Source: the human T2T-CHM13v2.0 reference genome, Homo sapiens
Reading direction: 5' to 3' (one strand)
DNA: 64,000 nt
Assembly (NCBI RefSeq): GCF_009914755.1
Contig: NC_060932.1
The notes under the pieces were generated by a model, which saw only the letters and a list, made by a program, of their open reading frames with translations, was not told the DNA's origin and did not search any database. Shown here piece after piece: positions 23,098 through 64,000 of this stretch. Within the stretch, counting starts at the first letter, position 1; each line of letters starts with the position of its first letter. A program made the position numbers and the translations under genes.

Positions 23098-23393
23098 TCC
23101 GGGCACGGTGGCTCATGCCTGTAATCCCAGAACTTTGGGAGGCCGAGGCGGGCAGATCACTTGAGGTCAGGAGTTCGAGACCAGCCTGGCAAACACGGTG
23201 AAACCCCATCTCTTTTAAAAATACAAACATTAGCCAGGCGTGGTGGTGGGCGCCTGTAATCCCAGCTACTCAGGAGGGTGAGGCACGAGACTCACTTGAG
23301 CCCGGGAGGCAGAGGTTGCAGCGAGCTGAGATTGCACCACTGCACTGCAGCCTGGGTGACAAGGCAAGACTCAGTCTCAAAAAAAAAAAAAAA
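23098..23393 (+). mobile_element. Alu (AluS-type)
   Basis: Full dimer; TSD AAAAGCTACCAAGAG on both sides. Confidence 0.93.
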
Positions 23394-24800
23394 GCTACCA
23401 AGAGAGGAGTAAGGAGAGCATCGGGGAGGGACCAGCATCCACCAAGTCCGAGATGAGCTGCTGAAGGTGGATGGAAATACAGGAAGTGAGAGGAGAAAGC
23501 AAGGAGGCCTGGAATTTACCCTGAGGCCTCAGAGCAAGGGAAGCAGACAGGCCCAGGCAGAGCACCAGTATTTGCTCCACAAAGATTTACCAAGCACCTA
23601 CAGAAGTGCTGGTAGTGGACTTGAGCCACCTAACAGAGGCTACTATCCTGCAGCCCTAGGGCTTGCCAATCATAATCGTATGAACTGGTTGTTAAAAATC
23701 AGGACAGTTCTTTGAATGAGGGTAGCTCCTCCTACTCCCTAGAAACCCTCGTAGCCTTTCCATGTCACTGAATGTAAAATCCAAAACCTCATCTCAGCCT
23801 ACAGACTCCATCCCATGCTTCTCTGGCCCGGCCGTCCCCTCCCCACAGTGGCTGATTCCCCTCCATCTCATTGGCCTCCTTGACGGTCTTCAAAAACACA
23901 CCAAGCCTGCTACCCACCCCAGGGCGTCTGCACTGGCTGTCCCCTCCACCTGGAAGGCTTTGCCCCTTCTCATTCCCTGCTTTCTTTCAGGTCTGCTCCC
24001 AAGCAGCACCTTGTCAAGGAGGCCTCCAGACCACTCCATACCAGACAGCCCCCTCCGCTCTTGCCCCCGTCCCCTCCTCCACCTTCCGCACGGAGCACAG
24101 ACCACCACCACATTGACCATCTTCCAAGTGCCCACTGTCCTCCAGAATGTCAGCTCCAGAGCCTTTGCTGTTCTCCCCGCACTGGTAAGAGATGGTGCTC
24201 AACACTGACTGAAGAGTGGGGACCCTCATTCAGGCCTGTCAGATCCTAGGGCCCCCCTAACCCCAGTGCTCCCCAGTCCCCTGATCAACTTCCAGCCTGG
24301 CTGCCTTGGGCATTTCCTGGCAATATAAACAGAGCCAGAGAGAGAGCAATGGCTCCCACATGTCTGGCTGTTCCCTGCTGTGTCCTGCGGGACCCGTGAT
24401 GTGCCTGGCATCTAGCAGGTTTTCAAGATCTATGGGTTGAAGAGAAAGTGTGTTAAGCTTTACTCTGCCAGCCAGTGCCTTCTCTGTCTTCCATGCATCA
24501 CCGCATCTCACACTCACAACGACAGCAGGAGGAGGGACGTTATCCCCACTCGACAGATGAAGAAACAGAGGCACAGAGAGGTTGGGGGCCTGCCCCAGGC
24601 CCATAGCGAGAAAGCTGGGAAGTGGTGCTTCTAGTTCCCCTGTGCTACAGCTGAAGGGTGGGCACTGGTCTGATGAGGAGTGATGAAGACTTTGGGGGCC
24701 CTGAGGGGCAACACGCAAGCGGAGTCTGAAGGAAGAGTAGGAATTAACCAAAGTTTGGGGTCAGGGAGTAACATGGGTCTGAAGTTGGGGCTCTGGAGTC

Positions 24801-25105
24801 TGCTATGGACTAAATGTTTGTGTCCCCCCTCAAAATGCATGTGTTAAAATCCTAATCCCCAATATGATGGCACTAGGAGGTGATGAGGTCATGAGGGTGG
24901 AGCCTTATAGAAAGATCACTGAGAGCTTGCTTCCTCTCTCTCCACTCCACCATGTGAGGACACGAGAATGCAGACATCTGCGCACCAGGAAAGGGTCCTC
25001 ACCAGACACCAGGTCTGCAGGCACCTTGACCTTAGACTTCCCAGCCTCTAGAACCATGAAAAATCAATGTTTATTGCTTAAGCTGCCAAGTCCATGGTCA
25101 TTTCT
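24801..25105 (+). mobile_element. MaLR LTR (MLT1A/MST-type)
   Basis: tgctatggactaaatgtttgtgtcccc...gcaccttgaccttagacttcccagcctctagaacc. Confidence 0.85.
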
Positions 25106-27399
25106 GGAGTCTGAGGGGCTGGAAGCCCAACCACACACCTCCAGCAAGCCTTCGTGTCCACCTGCTCTCCATTCCACCCTTCCTGGTCTTTGACTCCCAG
25201 CCTGAATGCCGCCCCCCTGCTCTGCCCCACCAAACATTGTTTGCTGCCCTCCAAACAATGCTGTGTAAACAGCAGAAAGAAACCAACAACACAGAGAAGT
25301 TAGCAAGGCTCCAAAGCCCGACAAAGCCCTCCCGGTCTCTGTCCCTGGCTTTTAGTCCCTAAGCCTTTCATGAGGGGTACCTGGATGACCCCTGGGGTTG
25401 ATGACCAAGTTCATATTACCAAAAGTCTCTACTTCTAGCCAAGACCTCAGGAGACTTTCCTCTGAGGCCACTCTTCCCAGCTCCTGGTTGGCAGGGCCCT
25501 GGGTAGACAAGCAGATATCCCTCCTCTTGTGGGGACTGTCTGCCTCCCCAGGGCCCTCCAGACTAATCAAAGGGATATTGGTTTCCTCAGAAACCAGGGG
25601 CATGTCCTCAGACACTCAGAAGCCAGTTATTATCTTGTCTGTTTCAACTGCTGGTATACAGCAGCTTCTCCAGCTTCATGGTGCAATTCCTTTAGAAAAA
25701 GGAAAAAGGTTGAATAAAAATGCATTCCTATATTTATTGAGCACTTACCATGTGCCGGGGCCTGTGCTGAGCTCTGGGATGCAGAGCAGAGTTTGTTGTG
25801 GCCCTTGTCCTCTCCTGAGATATCACTCTAAGTCCTTCCTCTGGGCAGAGCCTAGCTCCAATGGGGTGTCAGAAAGACACCCCCCCACTCTTGGCAGCTG
25901 TGCAGAGAGAGGCTGAAGCAAAAGAGGTGAGGCTAGAGGCGAGAAGAGCAAGTGCAAGACTAGACTGCCGGCACCAAGCCCTGACCTTGACAGCTGGGAA
26001 AATGTTGAAAGACCCAGGGCCCATGGGAGAGCCCAGGTACTTGACATGGCCATGACTCAGTGGCCCCGCCTGCTGGATGGGGTACTACCTGCCTCGGGGG
26101 CTTGTTAGGACTGTCACGACAGTGCCTGGTATACAATAAGCGCTCAATAATGTCAGCTATGGCCTTTTCATCGTCTGAAGTGTAGGAGAGCAATGGAGAG
26201 GAGTCACTGCCGACGTCCCGGAGGGCCCTGGAAGTCAAATGCCAACTGAATCTGTGGGAGCACAGACTAGACAACTACCTCCCGGCAGCTCCTCGTCAGC
26301 AACAGGCAGACCCGGAGGTTCAACATGGCCACGGCAGGCAGGATTGAAATGTTCGCATGGCCAGTACTGCTAGGACATGTGGCGGATAGCTGCTTCCCAG
26401 GAGGTGCCTCTCAGCGCACCCAGCATGGAGGCAGCACGTTGGGGCCTGTCAGGTGGATGGAACAGAGGGCTCCCGGCTGCAGGCCCCCATTCTTCGGCAA
26501 CTTTATGCCTTGAAAAGACGGCTTCAGAAGGAAACTTATTAAACACGCAGAGAATCCCAAGCCAAGAAAGGGGCAAAGATCCCTGAAGGCCTTGCCAAGC
26601 TGAAATGCTGAGCGGAATCAAATGAGGCAAATTTGAATGGGGACAAACTGTGCAAAAGCCAGTGACCCAAGACGGGAAGGAGGAGATCTGACTCAGCAAA
26701 AGCAAGTGGGACAACACTGGAGGTTTGTTCACAGTGAGCCCCTAACGGGCCGGGAGGAGCGCAAACCCCGAGTGCACCCCAGGAGGTTCCTGTCACTCCT
26801 GCGGGCCCAGCCTCCCTGCAGCCAGGAACTGGGACTGTTCCCAAGTGACACTGTCCAAGAGCTCAGAAGGGCAGGACTGAGAGCAGCATAGAGAGGCCCA
26901 GTGTCTCTCACTCCCCAGACTCTAGCCCCCAGACATGTCATCCAAATGGATGTGGATACATTTTTGGATGAATCTCACTCCCAAACTTGTGGTACTCTTT
27001 ATACCAAGCTCAAACCCAACAGACTTGGATACCAAAGGACACTTTGTATATAAAACATAACAAAAAGAAAAAGAAAATGCGAATGAAGAGGAAATAAAAG
27101 TAGGGGGAGGAGAGGAAGCCTGGCGGAGGCTAATTCAAAGAAAGGAGCAGGAGGCTGCAGCTTAACATTCTGGGGGACCCTGGGGGTCTTTTGAGGGCCT
27201 CTACTGTGCACTGTGAGTCTAAGGAGGGGCTGGAAGCAGCAGAGGCGTGGTGGGCCACAGTCTTCCCTGGCACCAGGCTACAAGAGGAGGAAGAGAACAG
27301 TGAAAGAGGAACCCGCCTGCAGCTCTGCCGGCACTTCTCCGTACATCCAAACCTCTGGGAAGGGCTGTGTGTGCCCCATCTCTACCTTCCCCTCCCACT

Positions 27400-28560
27400 C
27401 ACTGCTCAGACTTGTGAATCTGGACTTGGCCAAACCACTTCACCCAAACAGCCCTTGATACATCACCAATGACTTCCAAGTCCCTAAAGCTGACGCACAC
27501 TTTTTCGGTCTTCATCTCATCTGACCTCTCAGCCTCACTAGATACCACCGCTGCTTCACATAACCCTGAAATATGCTCTGCCTGTGGCCTCCCAGCTCAG
27601 CCTTCTCCGGTTTTCCTGTCGCTGTGGGCACTTCTGCTGTATGTCCTCTGCGGCTTTGTCGTGGCTCTACTAGGCACAGTGGGCTGAAGGCTTATTCTCT
27701 CTCATTCGTTCCCCATTCCTGGGCAACCTCATCCGCTCATACAGATCCAGTTGCCATCTAGGAGCTGATACCTCTAACGTGTATCTTTCCAGCCCACACA
27801 GTAGGTTCTCCTCTACGACCTGGAGCAGTACCCCCTGCCTCCTGGCTCATCTCCTTAACATCCTGATCTCAGCAGCACATCCAAACCTGACTCCAAATAT
27901 TCACTCTAAACTTGGTTTTCCTTCCAATTGGGTTGGTATAACCAGAGGCTCCACCACCCATGCCAGAAGCCGCAAGGCCATCCTGCCCTCGTTCTCGCCT
28001 TCATCCTCACATCCAAGCCAACTCCAAGACCAGCCCACCCAGCACCACTAAACATTTCTCAGCTCTGCCCACTCTCTCCACCTCCATGGCACCACCTGTG
28101 AACCAGCCACCCTCATTGCTTGCTTGGAGGACTGCAGTGGCCTCCTTACTGTGTGCCACTCAGTAGTTTCTTCCCTCCAATCTGTTCCCACATGCCCTTC
28201 CCTAAAGATCAATCAAGATCACAGCCACAGGCCCTGTCCCAACCTGGGCCCTCCATCCCTCCCCAGCACATACATCCACCCTGCTCATTCTGTGCTCTAC
28301 CACACTTTTGGTTTCTTTGGTGAGGCACACTCCCCAACTGGATCTGGCCCACCTGCTGTACCCTCTCCCAGCACCAGTGCCTCTCCCAGGCAGCATTTAT
28401 CGCAGGGTAAGCTCAGCATTTATATATGATCATTCAATTCATAGCCACTCTCCACTAGCTGGTAAAGTCGATAAGGTGGGGACAATGCCTGCTATGACTA
28501 GCACTGAACCCCCAATTCCTAACATAATGCCTGCCACAGTTGGTGGCCAACATATGTTTT
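27400..28560 (+). mobile_element. Degraded L2 LINE; further L2 pieces near 12590-12860, 15560-15830, 23740-24210 (+) and 30200-30520, 34700-35400, 36050-36900 (-)
   Basis: Resembles recalled L2 3' consensus phrases; heavily diverged. Confidence 0.6.
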
Positions 28561-28584
28561 CGGATGAAAGAACACTGGCATATG

Positions 28585-29361
<777 letters not shown>

Positions 29362-30715
29362 TGACTGCATCAACCCAAGAGGCTAACAGTGAAATAAGAC
29401 CATGACAAGCTAATTTTCACATGTTGAAGGAAAGCCCAACAGAGACACTCTATAAAGTTAGAGGGGTGACTGAAGAGACCTCAACTCTGGTTCTTGGGGG
29501 CTCTGGTCCCTGGGGCCAGAGTGACTGAGCCAGGATTACAGTCTGAAGCATTAGAGGAGGGGTGGGGGTAGGCCCCCCATTGTGAGGTCCAGGCAGAATG
29601 CTCAACTCACAGCGATCCCAGCCCTGGCTGACCTTCTTCCCCTTCCTCATTCCCACATTCTACCAGGAGTCTGTCCTCTGGCCTGTACCTGGACTTCGCT
29701 ATCCTCTCCCTGCCCCAAAAAGAGGTTTGAGGGAGAACAGCCACAGAGCCAATGGAGGCCACGAGGACACGGCCTCACTCAGTACTCAAGGTCAGTACCA
29801 TAGAGTTATCTGTAGATAGCTCTAAGAGAAGGGGAGCATCATGAGGACTGAGTCCTGAGTTCTTAGAACCAGGTGAGGGATGCAGTCTTGGGCTCCTGAA
29901 GGACTAAAGTCAGGAAAATTCAAGGAGCTGGGGAATAGAGATCCAAGTGCGGAGAAGGCAACGACGGGAGATTTGGAATAGGGAACGCTGAGTCACCAGA
30001 AATGGAAACTCCAAGTTATAGAGAGCTCCTGGACCAGCAGTAAGATAGAGACTCTGAGCACCTGGGTCAGAAGAAATCATGGGCGAGTGTCCAGGCCTTC
30101 AAGACACAGCAACCAGGAGAAGGCTGAGAGGCCAAACCCAGGCATGTTCAAGATCACCAAGAAGGGGCATCCTGGCCAGGAAGGTGGAGTGGTGGGTTTT
30201 CATTCAACAAATATTTACTGTTTACCTACAAACATTGTGCCAAGCCCTGTGCTGGACACTGGGGTTTCCAGGAACGTGTTACAATCCCTGACCTCACTGT
30301 AAAGCCAGTGGACAATGTTAAGGAGCTAGCACGGAACTGGAACCAGGGGAAGTGCTATGACACAGGACACATCTGCTGGGGAAACCCAGCGGGCAGCAAT
30401 TAACTTGCGGTGGGGGAGAGGAAGTTTCACGGAAGAGGCACCATGAGGGTGAAGTTGGCGAGACAGAGAAAAGGTCAGGACATTCCAGGCCGAGGCAAGG
30501 CCTGTGTACAGGCCTGGTGGCATGGAGAGCTGAGGGTGTTAGAGCAGAGAGGGCAAGGAAGAGGGCACAGCCTCTGACCTCACAATACCCAGGGCCCACT
30601 GGGCCAGCCTTGCAGACTCTGCACCCTCCTTCAGCCCAGGCAAGGCCTGGGGCCCTGGGCAGCCTCCAGGTGCAGTGCCCTCCCGTGGGCCGCACCCTTG
30701 CCACTGCCCCAGGGC

Positions 30716-60225
<29,510 letters not shown>

Positions 60226-60829
60226 GTGTGCGGCCAGGGGTCCTGCAGGGACAGGGGGCAGGTTGGCCCATGAGGGGCCGTGGGGACCCTGCACTCTGGC
60301 CAGGCCAAACTTGCCAGGACCTGAGGAGTCCCTGGGATAGAGGAAGCTGACTGCTCAGTGCCAACGGCCTGCAGGTGTTGGGGCATCTGGCAGTGGGAGC
60401 CCACGGTCTCCTCAGAGGAAGGCGAGGTGGGGGTTTTCAGCATGGTCGGGCGGCTCTCCCCCTTTGCCACCAGGATGGCCTCCTCTGTGGACGCACTTGG
60501 AGGATGATGCTTTGCCAGCATGCCGGAGTGTGCGTCTGTGCCATGCGTGTGGCAGGCTGTAGAAGGCACGGGGAAGCTCGGTTGGGGGTGTGCGGCTGCT
60601 GGGCAGGGAGGGCGGCTGCATCCCTACTTACCACTTGGGCTTCTCTTGAGAAAACAGCCCAGCTGCATTCCCGGCTGCTTTTTCTCTCCAGCTGTGTTTA
60701 TCTGTGGATTGCAGGCCTGTGTGTAGCCTAAGCGGGAGCTACTGTGAGCTGCGTGGGTCCAGGTTGGAGCTTTGCCTCTGGTTAAAGCATCCTTGGGTTA
60801 GTTTTGTGTGTGTGGGATTTTGTTTGTTT

Positions 60830-63894
<3,065 letters not shown>

Positions 63895-64000
63895 TCACTG
63901 GGGCCGCTGCCTGTAACCCCCAGTACACTCCTGCAGGAGGCACTGTGATTTCCTTCCCATCCCAGCAGGGAAACTGAGGCTCAGTCCCAGTGTGATGCAG

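Noticed and set aside
25352-25690. Minus-strand acceptor (ttttcctttttctaaag) followed by ORF VSEDMPLVSEETNIP...
   Set aside because: All three frames stop shortly after the acceptor. It could be a non-coding minus-strand exon, but coding is not supported.
29451-29457. TATAAAG as a TATA box for upstream SPATC1 transcripts
   Set aside because: Isolated motif with no convincing downstream first-exon donor.

Overview
Human (hominoid) genomic DNA; the gene order PARP10(-)/GRINA(+)/SPATC1(+) matches chr8q24.3. It holds PARP10 coding exons 1-9 (852 codons; the rest of the catalytic domain lies left of the window), the complete GRINA/TMBIM3 gene (371 aa) with its CpG-island promoter, and SPATC1 (speriolin) exons 1-4 with a 27.8 kb first intron. 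Much of the rest is Alu, L1, L2, MIR, MaLR/ERV LTR and MER58 sequence. Less ordinary items: a ~5.8 kb strand-skewed 17-bp minisatellite with ~1 kb higher-order duplications in SPATC1 intron 1; a perfect 58-bp palindrome upstream of SPATC1; a 5'-inverted SVA in a four-element insertion pile-up; plus-strand exon-like islands between GRINA and SPATC1 (possible decayed gene); candidate antisense exons in SPATC1 intron 1; and an ISRE that overlaps a splice acceptor at the PARP10 5' end. Exon coordinates were read by hand. Repeat boundaries and subfamilies are approximate. No new system is established: the novel items are hypotheses to test.
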